Program-made: the position numbers and the translations under genes | Notes under the pieces: generated by a model | The model's input: the letters and a program-made list of their open reading frames with translations, nothing else | What the model was told of the DNA's origin: nothing | The model's database searches: none | Shown: positions 49,393-62,673 of the stretch, piece by piece | How positions within the stretch are numbered: position 1 is the stretch's first letter | Layout of the letters: each line of letters starts with the position of its first letter | Assembly: GCA_947496175.1 (NCBI GenBank) | Contig: CANMBU010000003.1 | Location: 462,334 to 526,333, forward strand | Direction: 5' to 3' | From: an uncultured Roseovarius sp. | GTDB taxonomy: Bacteria; Pseudomonadota; Alphaproteobacteria; Rhodobacterales; Rhodobacteraceae | DNA: 64,000 nucleotides

Positions 49393-50877
49393 ATGTCTGC
49401 TTTAGACGAGTTGATGGCGTTTGAGCGTGAAAATCAGGCGCTGGCGCGCGTGGCCGGGCGGTTGAGTTGGGACCAGGAAACAGTGATGCCACGCGGCGCC
49501 ACGGGGCAGCGCGCCGAGGAGGCGGGCGCGATGGAAGCGGTGCTGCATGCGCGCCGCACCGACCCGCGGGTTGGCGACTGGCTGGCGAAAGCAAAGCCAA
49601 AGGATGAGGCCGGCGCGGCGCAGATTCGGCTGATCGGGCGCAGTTATGAGCGCGCGATCAAAGTGCCGGCGGATTTGGCCACAGCACTGGCACGTCTGAC
49701 GTCGAAATCACAGGGCATCTGGGCCGAAGCTCGCGAGGCGGAAGACGTATCTGCTTTTCTGCCCACACTCAAAGACGTGGTCGCTCTCAAGCGCGAAGAG
49801 GCCAGTGCGCTGGCCGATGGTCGCGATCTCTACAACGCGCTGATTGATGACTTTGAACCTGAAATGACAGCATCTGAACTGGGTGCGATGTTTGAGGACA
49901 TGCGCGCTGGATTGGTGGCGCTGCGCGAGGCGGCTCTGGCGCAGCCTGCAGCGACCGAACTGACCGGATCTTTTGACGAAGCGGCGCAGGTGGCGCTCAG
50001 CCGTGAGTTGGCGCAAAGCTTTGGGTATGACTTCAATCGTGGCCGCATTGACAAGGCGGTGCACCCGTTTTCCAGCGGCTCCGGCGAGGATGTACGCATC
50101 ACCATGCGTACTGCAGCAGATGATCCGTTCAACTGCATCTATTCGACCATCCACGAGGTCGGTCACGCCTGTTACGAACAAGGCATTGATCCGTCCTATC
50201 ACCTGACGCCCATAGGGCAGGGCGTGTCGATGGGGGTGCATGAAAGCCAAAGTCGCATTTACGAGAATCAACTGGGTCGCAGCCGGGCGTTTTGCGGATA
50301 TCTCTATGGCCGGATGCGGGATGTTTTTGGTGACTTTGGTGTGTCCGATGAAGACATGTTCTATCGGACAGTAAATGACGTGAACCGCGGGTACATACGG
50401 ACCGAGGCAGACGAAGTTCAATACAACCTGCACATCATGCTGCGCTTTGATCTGGAGCGGGCGTTGATGTCGGGTGATCTTCAGGTGAGAGACCTTGAGG
50501 CTGCCTGGAACGACCGGTTTTTATCTGATTTCGGATACGATGTTGACCGGCCCTCAAACGGGGTTTTGCAGGACGTGCATTGGTCGGTTGGGTTGTTTGG
50601 ATATTTCCCGACTTACAGCCTAGGAAATGTGTATGCCGGATGCCTCTATGAGGCATTGCAGAGGGCTGTGCCGGATCTCGAGACACATTTGAGCAAAGGC
50701 GACCTGAGCGCTCCGACGTCGTGGCTGCGCACGCATGTGCAACGCCACGGTGGTCTCTATGAACCGCGTGAAATCATTGCCCGGGCTTGCGGGTTTGAGC
50801 CCTCAGCCGAGCCGTTGATGCGATATCTCAAAGACAAGTTCGAGGTTTTGGGGTCGAGCGCGGCCGGTGGCCGCTGA
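49393..50877 (+). CDS. M32 carboxypeptidase
   Basis: WDQETVMP, HPF, HEVGH, HESQS, LQDVHW. Confidence 0.93.
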   Translation: MSALDELMAFERENQALARVAGRLSWDQETVMPRGATGQRAEEAGAMEAVLHARRTDPRVGDWLAKAKPKDEAGAAQIRLIGRSYERAIKVPADLATALARLTSKSQGIWAEAREAEDVSAFLPTLKDVVALKREEASALADGRDLYNALIDDFEPEMTASELGAMFEDMRAGLVALREAALAQPAATELTGSFDEAAQVALSRELAQSFGYDFNRGRIDKAVHPFSSGSGEDVRITMRTAADDPFNCIYSTIHEVGHACYEQGIDPSYHLTPIGQGVSMGVHESQSRIYENQLGRSRAFCGYLYGRMRDVFGDFGVSDEDMFYRTVNDVNRGYIRTEADEVQYNLHIMLRFDLERALMSGDLQVRDLEAAWNDRFLSDFGYDVDRPSNGVLQDVHWSVGLFGYFPTYSLGNVYAGCLYEALQRAVPDLETHLSKGDLSAPTSWLRTHVQRHGGLYEPREIIARACGFEPSAEPLMRYLKDKFEVLGSSAAGGR

Positions 50878-50965
50878 GCGTCGCAGGTTGACGCAATCGG
50901 CGAGGTCAGCGCTGCGCAAAAACAGAAGCAGCAGAGCGCTATCGCACTCTTGCAGTTTGGGAATT

Positions 50966-51042
50966 TGGCGGACCGAGGAGGATTCGAACCCCCGACCCCC
51001 TGATTCGTAGTCAGGTACTCTATCCAGCTGAGCTATCGGTCC
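50966..51042 (-). tRNA. tRNA-Arg(ACG)
   Basis: GGACCGA..AGCTCAGCTGGATAGAG..CT-ACG-AA..GGTTCGAATCC..TCGGTCCGCCA. Confidence 0.95.
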
Positions 51043-51100
51043 GTCGGATCAGGCATCTAGACCCTCGTGGCGGGCAATGCAAGAGGGTTTGGCAAAATCT

Positions 51101-51216
51101 TCAAGCGCCTCACCTTCAACCCGAGACATCAGCAATAGGCGAGACGCGTGCAACGATTGAGAGTCGCGCTGCGTTTCGCGATCATCTGTGAGTCATTTGT
51201 ATCGCGAAACGCTTTA
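51101..51216 (-). repeat. 116-bp MITE-like repeat, copy 2
   Basis: TCAAGCGC..ACGCTTTA ends; perfect 12-bp stem GCGTTTCGCGAT/ATCGCGAAACGC; supplies the TAA stop of the kinase gene. Confidence 0.8.
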
Positions 51217-52608
51217 GGCCGCAGACACTTCACCGCGCGGCATGGAGATGCGAAAGACCGTGCCGGTCTCGTCGCTGCGTTCAAGGTCCAGCGAGCCGCC
51301 ATGGCCGCGGATGAGTTCCGCGGCAATCGAAAGACCTAATCCGGTGCCACCTTTGGTCGCGCCGCCCTGGAACGGCTGGAAGAGGTGCTCTTTGGCTTTG
51401 GGCGGCAATCCGGGGCCGGTGTCGGACACACGGATTTCCCAGCTTTCAGGCGTTTCCTCAGCGGAAATGGCGATTTCACCCGCGTTGCCGGTGTTCACGA
51501 TCGCCTGGCGCGCATTGCGCACAAGGTTCGAGATGACGCGATAAATCTGCTCAGAGTCGCCGCGAAGTTCAAGCGTTGGCTGAATATCTTCGCCGAAACT
51601 GACATCTGCTTCACCCACGGCCAGGCGTTCGCTTTCGATCACATCCGACACGATATCGATCAGCATGAAGCGACTGAGCGTCGGGGCCTGCTCCTCGGCC
51701 TTTCCATAGGCCAGGGTAGATTCGCAGAGATGCACCGCGCGGGTGATCGAATTGACCAGCTTTGGGGCCATCCGTTTGACGGCGGGGTCTTCGCTCATCT
51801 CGATGCGATCGGTAAAGAGCTGCGCCGAGGTGAGGATGTTGCGCAGATCGTGGCTGACCTTGGCCACGGCACCGCCCAACTGCGCCAGCCGCTCGCGCTG
51901 TTTGAGAGAGGCGGTCAGCTGTTGCTGCATGGATTTCAGCGCTTCTTCAGCCTGCAGTATCTCGGTGGTGGTTGAGGACGGCTCAATGATGCGACGCGCG
52001 TCATCCGGTGCTTCAGCATAGACCTTCATGTGGCCCACTACCCGACGGATCGGTTTGACCAGGAAGCCGCGCACCGCCAGAAAGAGCAGGGCAGCCGTGA
52101 CGACGGAGATCACAGCCGACAAGATGAGAATACGCAAACCGTAATCCAGCATCGCCGCGCGCAATGGCGCGCTGTCGACAGTGACTTCAATAAGCAAGCC
52201 ACCCATATTTGACGGCTCGCCAATCACACGAATGATTTCATCATTGGGCTGCATCAGAAACTTGAGGGAATCCCGAATAAGCGTCACAGGCGTTGGATCA
52301 CGTAAGTCGTAAGTCTCTGAGATCGCAGAGGGCAGGGGCGCCGAGAGCACAAGCTGGCGAGCCTCGTTCCGGCGCAAAACGACATTGTAGACACCCGCGT
52401 TGAAAAGAAGCTCTTCCTGCAAATCCTCCGAGATCTGGCCATCCGCCAAAAGCGCCAAAGAGGCAATCTGTGCGCGGTCCAGCCTGTCCATAAGAAACTC
52501 TTGCCGAAAACGGGCAATGGAGGGAACGAAGATCAGAATTTCTGCCAGCATCACAAAGATGACTGTCAGGATAAGAAACCGTCCCGAGAGTGACTTGAGA
52601 AACTGCAT
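51214..52608 (-). CDS. Membrane sensor histidine kinase (HAMP-HisKA-HATPase)
   Basis: VSHDLRN H-box; NLVRNA; DTGPG; GTGLGL. Confidence 0.92.
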   Translation of the reverse strand: MQFLKSLSGRFLILTVIFVMLAEILIFVPSIARFRQEFLMDRLDRAQIASLALLADGQISEDLQEELLFNAGVYNVVLRRNEARQLVLSAPLPSAISETYDLRDPTPVTLIRDSLKFLMQPNDEIIRVIGEPSNMGGLLIEVTVDSAPLRAAMLDYGLRILILSAVISVVTAALLFLAVRGFLVKPIRRVVGHMKVYAEAPDDARRIIEPSSTTTEILQAEEALKSMQQQLTASLKQRERLAQLGGAVAKVSHDLRNILTSAQLFTDRIEMSEDPAVKRMAPKLVNSITRAVHLCESTLAYGKAEEQAPTLSRFMLIDIVSDVIESERLAVGEADVSFGEDIQPTLELRGDSEQIYRVISNLVRNARQAIVNTGNAGEIAISAEETPESWEIRVSDTGPGLPPKAKEHLFQPFQGGATKGGTGLGLSIAAELIRGHGGSLDLERSDETGTVFRISMPRGEVSAA

Positions 52609-52626
52609 TTTGATCCTGTTTCTGAG

Positions 52627-54045
52627 TTAGGGCAGCCAGCGCTGTACAAGCCGCACAACACGTTTGACACCGTCGCTTTCAAAGAGACGTGGAGAGAAAT
52701 AAGCCCCTGCCGCGCGCTTATTGATCTCACCCAAAGTCGGGTAGGGCGCAACCATGGCCGCAATCTGCTTCATTTTCATTTTATTGGCCAGTGCCAGCGC
52801 CCAAAACCCGATCAATTCTCCGGCCTGTGCGCCTGCGATGGATGCGCCGACCGGACGGCCTTTGACAACCATCAGCTTGATCAGGCCTTCGGTCTTGCGC
52901 TCGGCGATGGCACGGTCATTGCCGGAGTAGGGGAAGCGCACGACTTCAAGCGCATCGCCATGCGCCTTGCGGGCCTGTGCTTCGGTTAAACCCACCTGCG
53001 CCAGTTCCGGGTCGGTGTAAGTGGCCCATGGAATATGGTCATGGTTGGCTTTGGCAGGCAGCCCGAAAAGTGCAGAGCGGATGATGATCCCGGCGTGATA
53101 TCCCGCCACGTGGGTGAATTGCAGGCCGCCCGCCACATCACCGATGGCATACACCTTTGAATTGGTGGTTTTGAGCGCGGCATCCACCTTGATGCCTGCG
53201 CGCGTGGTTTCAATGCCTGCGGCCTCAAGATTGAGGCGGTCCGTATTGGCTTTGCGCCCCACAGCCATCAAAAGATGCGTGCCTTTGAAGACGCGGCCAT
53301 CCTTGGTTTCGAGTTCAATCGCGCCTGCCTTGCCACGAATTTCGCTGGCCATGGCGTCTTCGGCGACCTCGACGCCCTCAGCGCGCACTCGGTCCAACAC
53401 AACCGCAGCCATTTCCGGGTCGTCCTTGCCAAGTGCCTTCATGCCCTCAACAACCGTCACCTTGCTGCCCAGCCGGACATGCGCCTGCGCCATTTCCATG
53501 CCAATGGGGCCACCGCCCACGATGAGCAGATGCTCGGGCTGTTCACGAAGCTCAAAAAGTGTCTCGTTGGTTTCATAGGGCACGGTGTCGAGGCCGGGGA
53601 TGGGCGGCACAAAGGGCGATGAGCCTGTAGAGATGACGATGCGGCGCGCGGTTATGGTGTGCGCCCCGGCTCGCACCTCGGTGGGTGAGATGAATTCGCC
53701 AAATTCCTGGATGACCTGCACACCAAGACCTTCAAAACGCTCCACGCTGTCATGTGGTTCAATCGTGGCGATGACATCAGCCACGTGATCTTTGGCCGCA
53801 GCATAATCCACTTTCGGCTTGAGATCGGCCACGCCATAAGCGCTGGCGTGAGATTGGGCATATGCCGCCTTTCCGGACGCGATGAGGGCTTTAGACGGCA
53901 CACAGCCATAGTTCAGGCAATCGCCACCCATCTTGTGGCCTTCCAGAAGGATAACTGAGGCACCCATCTGTACTGCACCGGCTGCAACAGACAGCCCACC
54001 AGAGCCGGCGCCGATGACCAGCAAATCCGCTTTCAATTGTGTCAT
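52627..54045 (-). CDS. Pyridine nucleotide-disulfide oxidoreductase (MerA/Lpd-like)
   Basis: GAGSGG, GGDCLNYGCVPSK, GGGPIG, TDPELA; C-terminal YPT. Confidence 0.88.
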   Translation of the reverse strand: MTQLKADLLVIGAGSGGLSVAAGAVQMGASVILLEGHKMGGDCLNYGCVPSKALIASGKAAYAQSHASAYGVADLKPKVDYAAAKDHVADVIATIEPHDSVERFEGLGVQVIQEFGEFISPTEVRAGAHTITARRIVISTGSSPFVPPIPGLDTVPYETNETLFELREQPEHLLIVGGGPIGMEMAQAHVRLGSKVTVVEGMKALGKDDPEMAAVVLDRVRAEGVEVAEDAMASEIRGKAGAIELETKDGRVFKGTHLLMAVGRKANTDRLNLEAAGIETTRAGIKVDAALKTTNSKVYAIGDVAGGLQFTHVAGYHAGIIIRSALFGLPAKANHDHIPWATYTDPELAQVGLTEAQARKAHGDALEVVRFPYSGNDRAIAERKTEGLIKLMVVKGRPVGASIAGAQAGELIGFWALALANKMKMKQIAAMVAPYPTLGEINKRAAGAYFSPRLFESDGVKRVVRLVQRWLP

Positions 54046-54048
54046 TGA

Positions 54049-54819
54049 TCAGATGTCCTTTTTGCCGCGGATCGTTTTGATCACGATGGGCAAAGCGGCC
54101 AGGGCACACAAGCCCAGAATGGGGCCGATAACCTGTGGTTCCCACAGAAGGGACAAATCAGGGCGTTCGCCGCGGTCAAACACTTCGCCAAGGCCCACGC
54201 CGATCCAGGTAAACACCAGTGCACCCGGAATGATGCCGACAAATGTGGTCCAGACAAAGTTGATGAACCGCACCCCCACAAGAGCAGGCAGGAGATTGGC
54301 CACGAAAAACGGCACCACAGGCACAAGGCGCATGAGGAACAAGACACTGATCTCATGCTCGCGCAGGCCTTCTTTGATTTTCTTCAAAGAGCCTTCTGAG
54401 GCGTCCATTTTGGCGGACAGAGCTTTTCCCAGTCCCCAGCGTGCCGCCAGGAAGATCGCAATCGCTCCTAAAGTCGCTGCGGTGACATTGAAAGCCCCGC
54501 CCAGACCAAGGCCAAAGAGGAACCCACCAGTGACCGACGCCACCGCTGCCCCAGGCAATGAGAAGGCCACGATCGTGAAATAGATGGCAATGAATGCCAG
54601 TGCCATAAGCACAAAGTGGTTGTCCCGGAAGGCCAGAAGCTGTTCGCGGTTTTCGTTTAGCGTGTCGAAAGAAAGATAGTCACCCAAAGTGAAATATCCC
54701 ACGACCGCTGCGATAATGATTGCGCCTAGAGGGGCGTGACGAAGAATGGAGGGCTTGCTGCCCTGGTTTACATTTTCCATGTCGCTTTCCGATGCTTTCC
54801 CGTTGCGTTCGCTTGTCAT
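54049..54819 (-). CDS. TVP38/TMEM64 (VTT/DedA) membrane protein
   Basis: FSLPGAAV, LMRLVPVVPFFVAN; start could be 54780. Confidence 0.88.
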   Translation of the reverse strand: MTSERNGKASESDMENVNQGSKPSILRHAPLGAIIIAAVVGYFTLGDYLSFDTLNENREQLLAFRDNHFVLMALAFIAIYFTIVAFSLPGAAVASVTGGFLFGLGLGGAFNVTAATLGAIAIFLAARWGLGKALSAKMDASEGSLKKIKEGLREHEISVLFLMRLVPVVPFFVANLLPALVGVRFINFVWTTFVGIIPGALVFTWIGVGLGEVFDRGERPDLSLLWEPQVIGPILGLCALAALPIVIKTIRGKKDI

Positions 54820-55073
54820 GTAAATGCGTCTCGATCCAGTCTGGCGCCATAGCGCTCACGTGGGGGTGATCATGGGTGATGGAAACACCCCCATTATGAC
54901 GCCTATTCTTGCAGGAATGAAACATTGATAGGGAATTTCATTGGTTTTTTGTTGCAGAAGCGTCAGCTTGGGTTTGACTTCGCAAAAACCGCCCCCTATA
55001 GACCGGGCTTCACGACGTATTCCGGGTGCTGCGCGATTCATAAGCCACACCCCCTTGATCGGAGATCGGAGCG

Positions 55074-55208
55074 ATGAAACGCACCTATCAACCCTCGAAC
55101 CTGGTGCGCAAACGCCGCCACGGCTTTCGTGCGCGCATGGCCACCAAGGCTGGCCGCAAAATCCTGAATGCGCGCCGCGCACGTGGCCGCAAGAGCCTGA
55201 GCGCGTAA
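55074..55208 (+). CDS. rpmH: 50S ribosomal protein L34 (absent from the ORF track)
   Basis: [22 protein letters not shown]. Confidence 0.97.
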
Positions 55209-55234
55209 ACCCGCGCCAAACAGGACAAACGGAT

Positions 55235-55633
55235 ATGACACCGCCGGAGGCCCCTGCTGCGCAAGCGGGGAACACGCCCCCGGCGGTGTCCGTTTGTCTG
55301 GAGGTTCTGAAGAAACGCAGTGATTTTCTGGCCGCGGCACGCGCACGTCGGCAAGGGACCAAGGGCATGATGGTGCAGGCGCGCCATCGTGGGGATGGTT
55401 TGAGCACATTGCGCGTCGGATTTACCTGTTCCAAAAAAGTTGGAAATGCCGTGCTGCGCAACCGCGCCAAACGGCGGTTGCGCGAAGTGGCCCGTGACGT
55501 GCTGCTCTGCGATGGACAACCGGGATGGGATTACGTTCTGATCGGACGCGCGGGGGCAACGGTTGAGCGAGACTTTGCATCCCTCAAAGCCGACTTACGC
55601 TATGCGCTCAAAAAGCTGCACGGCCCGGCATGA
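55235..55633 (+). CDS. rnpA: RNase P protein component
   Basis: RVGFTCSKKVGNAVLRNRAKRRLR. Confidence 0.95.
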   Translation: MTPPEAPAAQAGNTPPAVSVCLEVLKKRSDFLAAARARRQGTKGMMVQARHRGDGLSTLRVGFTCSKKVGNAVLRNRAKRRLREVARDVLLCDGQPGWDYVLIGRAGATVERDFASLKADLRYALKKLHGPA

Positions 55634-55855
55634 GCCCGCTGGCATATATCCTCACGCTCCCGGTCAAAGCCTATCGGCTGATCTTTTCCCCATGGGTCGG
55701 CCACAATTGCCGCTTTCAGCCAACTTGCAGTCAATACGCGCTGGACGCGCTGGCAAAACATGGCGGGCTGCGGGGCGGTTTTCTGGTACTACGGCGCATT
55801 CTACGCTGCCACCCTTGGGGAAAGAGCGGATATGATCCTGTGCCGGGATGGACGA

Positions 55856-55869
<14 letters not shown>
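55630..55869 (+). CDS. yidD: Membrane protein insertion efficiency factor
   Basis: CRFQPTCSQY, RILRCHPWG.SGYDPVP. Confidence 0.93.
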
Positions 55870-56758
<889 letters not shown>

Positions 56759-56766
56759 ACCCCGGC

Positions 56767-57726
56767 CTACGTTTTTGAGCTGAAGTGGAAGATGAAGCCA
56801 AGCAGGTTCAAAAGCACTTGTGCGGCGAGGATCGAGGTTGAGCCGGTTGGGTCATAATCCGGGGCCACTTCCACCAGATCAATGCCCACCACCTCATGCC
56901 GCTGCGCCACCTGCTGCAGGATCTCCAGCACATCGTAGTATAGAAACCCACCATGGCTTGGCGTACCTGTGCCCGGCGCGATGGAGGGGCAAAAGGCATC
57001 TATGTCGATTGTGATATAGACGCGTGCGCCTTCAGGAAGGCGTTCTGATGTGGCTTTCGGGCCAAGAGCGCGCACCTGCCGCACCGACAGGATGTCCGAG
57101 CCGCGCGCGCGTGCGTCCTCATAGCCCTCCTTGGCGGTGGAGCTGACGTTGCGGATGCCAAGTTGCGTGAGGCCGGTGACATAAGGCTTTTCAGCGGCGC
57201 GGCGCATCGGATTGCCATGGCCGTAACGCACCCCATGGCGCTCATCGACAAAATCGAGATGTGCGTCAATTTGCAGGATATGAATGTCGCCGTGACCCTC
57301 AAAGGCATTCACGCAAGGGATATTGACCGAATGATCTCCACCAATGGTGACGGGCAGGGCACCGGCCTTGAGAATAGCGCGCACACCGGACTCAATATTG
57401 GCGTGCGATTTTTCTGTGTCCGTATGCACAATATCGGCATCGCCAATATCCACGATGCGCACGTCGCCAGGCAGGTAGGTGGCATCATCTTCGTGGTCAT
57501 AAGCCCCGGCATGACCGAAAGAGAAGAGCGTCGATGCCTCTCGCACCCCGCGTGGACCAAACCGCGCACCCGAGCGCCATTGCGTGCCAAAATCAAAAGG
57601 CGCCCCAAGGATGGCCACATCAGCGTCTATGGCGCTCCAATCCGAGACATAGGGTCGTTTGCCAAAGGTAGAAATACCGACAAAGGGCAGATCCAGCCTG
57701 CCGCCTTCATATCCATGTGTGCTCAT
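56767..57726 (-). CDS. speB: Agmatinase (ureohydrolase)
   Basis: GGDHS, DAHLD, HGNP, DIDAFCPS.APGTGTP. Confidence 0.85.
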   Translation of the reverse strand: MSTHGYEGGRLDLPFVGISTFGKRPYVSDWSAIDADVAILGAPFDFGTQWRSGARFGPRGVREASTLFSFGHAGAYDHEDDATYLPGDVRIVDIGDADIVHTDTEKSHANIESGVRAILKAGALPVTIGGDHSVNIPCVNAFEGHGDIHILQIDAHLDFVDERHGVRYGHGNPMRRAAEKPYVTGLTQLGIRNVSSTAKEGYEDARARGSDILSVRQVRALGPKATSERLPEGARVYITIDIDAFCPSIAPGTGTPSHGGFLYYDVLEILQQVAQRHEVVGIDLVEVAPDYDPTGSTSILAAQVLLNLLGFIFHFSSKT

Positions 57727-57800
57727 GTGGGTCCTCTAGTCGCCTTGCACAGAAGATTACAGACGGGGCGCAGAATTGAAAGCGTCCCTGTGCCGGAAAC

Positions 57801-58700
57801 CTAGAAGAAAATCCAGTAAATCAGCGCGAGGTAAATGCCGTATTGCACCACGTAATAGACGTTGCTGTTCCATGCCTTCACGCGTTTGCCGAGGAAGCGG
57901 ACTTTCTGAATGTGGCCGAATACCTTGTTCAGACCACCCACCTTGTCACCTTCGACGTTTTTCGTCGCACTTGCCGACATCACCAGGTTCGAAAACACCG
58001 TGTTCAGCCAGTCAATCGGAGCAAATGTGACAGGGCGCCGGATATCGAGAAACAAAATGATCCTGTTCTGGTCGGTCTGGTTTTCCGCGTAATGGATGTA
58101 GGTTTCGTCGAACATCACGACCTCGCCATCGCGCCACGAATACTTTTGTCCGTCCACATCAATAAAACAGGCGTCATCGTTTGGTGTGCTGAGGCCCATG
58201 TGATACCGCAATGATCCGGCAAATGGATCGCGGTGCTTTACCAGCCGTGCGCCGGGCGGCAGCATCGCGAACATCGCCCCCTTTATCGATGGCAGGCTTT
58301 CAATCATTTGTGTGGTCTTCGGGCAAAGCTTGGATGCGGAGGCCAGTTTTGATCCGTACCACTTTAGGTAAAATCGCGTCCAACCTGTTTTAAAGAAAGA
58401 GTTGAACCCAATATCATCCATGTCGTCGGATGCCTTGATCGCGCCTTGTTGGTCGATCTGTATGGCTTCGTCACGGATCACCTCCCAATTGTCATGCAAC
58501 ACCTCAAGTTCAGGAAAATGGTCTTTGCTAATATATGGCGTCGTTGGCACCTTGGAGAACATGTAGAACAGAACATTGATCGGCCCCAACAGGTTGGAGT
58601 GGTCAGTGAAACGCCGTTTGATCAATTCATGTCTGACTTCACCCCGTGTTTGAACGTAGATCGCACACATGATGAAGATCAGAAGGATATAGGGGCCCAT
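57801..58700 (-). CDS. lpxO: LpxO-like Asp/Asn beta-hydroxylase (lipid hydroxylase)
   Basis: TM-RG..DHSN..PIN N-terminus; WTRFYLKWY; HRDPFAGSLRYHMGL; FDETYIH. Confidence 0.75.
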   Translation of the reverse strand: MGPYILLIFIMCAIYVQTRGEVRHELIKRRFTDHSNLLGPINVLFYMFSKVPTTPYISKDHFPELEVLHDNWEVIRDEAIQIDQQGAIKASDDMDDIGFNSFFKTGWTRFYLKWYGSKLASASKLCPKTTQMIESLPSIKGAMFAMLPPGARLVKHRDPFAGSLRYHMGLSTPNDDACFIDVDGQKYSWRDGEVVMFDETYIHYAENQTDQNRIILFLDIRRPVTFAPIDWLNTVFSNLVMSASATKNVEGDKVGGLNKVFGHIQKVRFLGKRVKAWNSNVYYVVQYGIYLALIYWIFF

Positions 58701-59026
58701 GTTCTTTCTTTTCCTGTCAGATTTGCCGCACCGCAACAACACAATGGCACAGCGTCGCGGGACATTCTCGGTGCACTCAAATGCTTTTGCAAGTCACGTT
58801 TCGAAAAGGTTTGGCGCGTGCATGTGCAGCAGTGCAGATGAGTTGCTCCGCGAAGCTTTTCTACTTTGGACAAGATGAGTTCCGATGGCAGACCACGGCC
58901 CTTCAATTGCACGCGGCCTTGCCTGATTGGCGCGCGCGTCAGCCATTAAATTACCCAAAACATGTCCCACTTCACGCAACTTTAGGCTGCTAGGCATTGT
59001 AAAAGATTGTTTTGAGGTCTTTTGAT

Positions 59027-59785
59027 ATGTCCTGGATATTCAGACTTATTCCGTTTCCGGTCATTTTGTTTTTACTTGGTCTGGCTTGCCTCGCTCTGAC
59101 AGGTGCTCTTTTCAACTATGAGAATGGCAAACGCATTGCACGTGAAACGGGTGCACCCGACGCCGTGGCCGTTTCCCGGATGCAGCCAATTCGCGGGTTT
59201 CCCTAGTTTGAAGAAACGACGATACGCGTGCAAGCCAGCGAAGACCTGTCCTATGTCTACTGGTACGAAAACGAAAGCACTGAATTTCCAGTTATTTTCC
59301 TTGTCGACCCCGATCATGAAGGCCCGGTGCAAGAAGTGTTGGGGGCTTTTTCATACACCAGTCTCGAAGATGCGGAAGTTGGAGCATATCTCGAACAAGC
59401 ATATGTGGAAGATGGCGCGCTTGGGCCCATTTTCGAACTCACAGGTGTTCGTGCGCTTTCCCCACCCGTCACAATGGAAGAGATTGACTGGGCAGCTGCC
59501 GACTTAGGTGTGACAGTGTCAGAAAACTTTTTCTACATTGAGCCCCATTTTGCGGGACGTGAGACAATTGTTGAAGCGCGCCCGGAACTCTATTTTGTTG
59601 CCGGTCTCATTGGCGTATTGCTGATCTGGTTCTCGATGATCGCCGCAATTATCCGCAAAAAGTGGATGCGCCGTGAACGGGACGGCGGGTCCACGCGTGC
59701 CGCCGCCAAAAAAGGTGTTGTCGCAGCCGCAGTGGGGGGCATTGCCAAATTGGCTGATGGTGGCGACGGAGAGGGTTTTATTTGA
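59027..59785 (+). pseudogene. Membrane-anchored hypothetical gene interrupted by an in-frame TAG at 59204
   Basis: ORFs 59012-59206 and 59228-59785 share a frame, separated only by TAG; TM helix at each end. Confidence 0.65.
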
Positions 59786-59970
59786 ACCCGCCTCCGACCA
59801 GGATCCGAAAAGCCGCCAGGCGCAAGACACCTTTGCCGATGAAGGCGTAATTTGAAGCGTTTTGAGTCAATTTGAAATCGAAACGCATTGGGTTCGCCCA
59901 CCGGGTTTACCGTCAAATTCTTCAGCCAGGATAGAACGCCTCTTTCCATTCCGGTCTACCCATGCAATAG

Positions 59971-61455
<1,485 letters not shown>

Positions 61456-61500
61456 ATCGCCTTGTATCAGCGGCCTATCATCCCATCTTGAGGTGCTGTC

Positions 61501-62673
61501 ATGACGCCAGCGGCGCGTGTGCAGGCCGCGATTGAGATCCTCGATCACATCAATCAGGGCACAGCCGCAGAAAAAGCGCTGACCACATGGGCGCGGCGCG
61601 CGCGCTATGCCGGGTCAGGCGATCGCGCCGCTGTACGGGATCACGTGTTTCAGGCCCTGCGCTGCCGTCGCAGCTATGCAGCTTTGGGCGGTGGCACAAG
61701 CGGCCGGGCGCTCATGTGTGGCGCCTTGATCGACGCCGGTGTTGCGCTGAACACTGTTTTCACCGGAGGCGGCCATTCACCTGCTGTTTTGGACTCTGAA
61801 GAGTTAACCAAAGGACGCGATCCTGCGGCTGGTGCAGAACAGGGCAATTTACCCGATTGGCTTTGGAAACGGTTTGAAACCGCCCTTGGTCCGGGCAACG
61901 CGCAGCTTAGCGCACAGATATTGCAACAACGCGCTCCTGTCACATTACGTGTCAATTCCGGATTGAGCACCGTCCCACAAGCTGTTGAAATTTTGAAAGA
62001 AGACCAGATTACTGTTACATCCTGCGATCTGATTGATACCGCGCTTATTGTGATAGAGGGCGCGCGGCGCGTCGCAGGATCGCGCGCCTACCGCGAGGGT
62101 TATGTCGAACTTCAAGACGCGAGCAGCCAGGCAGCCATGGCTGCTGTGGATGTTGCGCCGGGATCTCGTGTTCTCGATTTTTGTGCCGGCGGTGGCGGCA
62201 AGACTTTGGCACTGGCCGCACGCGTGACTGCGGACTGGTTCGCACATGATGCCAATGAGAGCAGAATGAGAGACCTTCCGCGGCGTGCAGATCGTGCAGG
62301 CATCACAGTGACCTGCCTGGAGACCAACGCTGTTGCGGATGCAGCCCCCTTTGATCTTGTTGTGTGTGATGTTCCGTGTTCGGGCAGCGGTACCTGGCGG
62401 CGCGCGCCCGAGGCGAAGTGGCGGCTGACATCAGAACGGCTCGAAGAGCTGTGTGTACTTCAGCGCGAAATTCTTCAGGATGCTGCGTCGCTGGTCGCAC
62501 CGGACGGGCAGCTGGCATACGCAACCTGCTCGCTTTTACCTGAGGAAAATGACCATCAGGTGACACGCTTCATAGATCAACATCCTGGCTGGGAGATCAC
62601 ACTCCAAAAGTCATGGTCCGTTTCTGAATGGGGCGATGGGTTCTTTCTCGCCAGTTTAAAGCGTTCGACCTAA
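61501..62673 (+). CDS. RsmB/NOP-family RNA m5C methyltransferase
   Basis: MTPAARVQAAIE, QDASSQ, DFCAGGGGKT, DVPCSGSG, YATCS. Confidence 0.9.
   Translation: MTPAARVQAAIEILDHINQGTAAEKALTTWARRARYAGSGDRAAVRDHVFQALRCRRSYAALGGGTSGRALMCGALIDAGVALNTVFTGGGHSPAVLDSEELTKGRDPAAGAEQGNLPDWLWKRFETALGPGNAQLSAQILQQRAPVTLRVNSGLSTVPQAVEILKEDQITVTSCDLIDTALIVIEGARRVAGSRAYREGYVELQDASSQAAMAAVDVAPGSRVLDFCAGGGGKTLALAARVTADWFAHDANESRMRDLPRRADRAGITVTCLETNAVADAAPFDLVVCDVPCSGSGTWRRAPEAKWRLTSERLEELCVLQREILQDAASLVAPDGQLAYATCSLLPEENDHQVTRFIDQHPGWEITLQKSWSVSEWGDGFFLASLKRST

Noticed and set aside
50874-50960. Possible fourth MITE copy after the M32 gene
   Set aside because: Only vague TGAGCGT and CGCTGCGCAA similarity; length and distal end do not match
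50966-51042. Integrated element at tRNA-Arg
   Set aside because: No duplicated 3' end or integrase nearby
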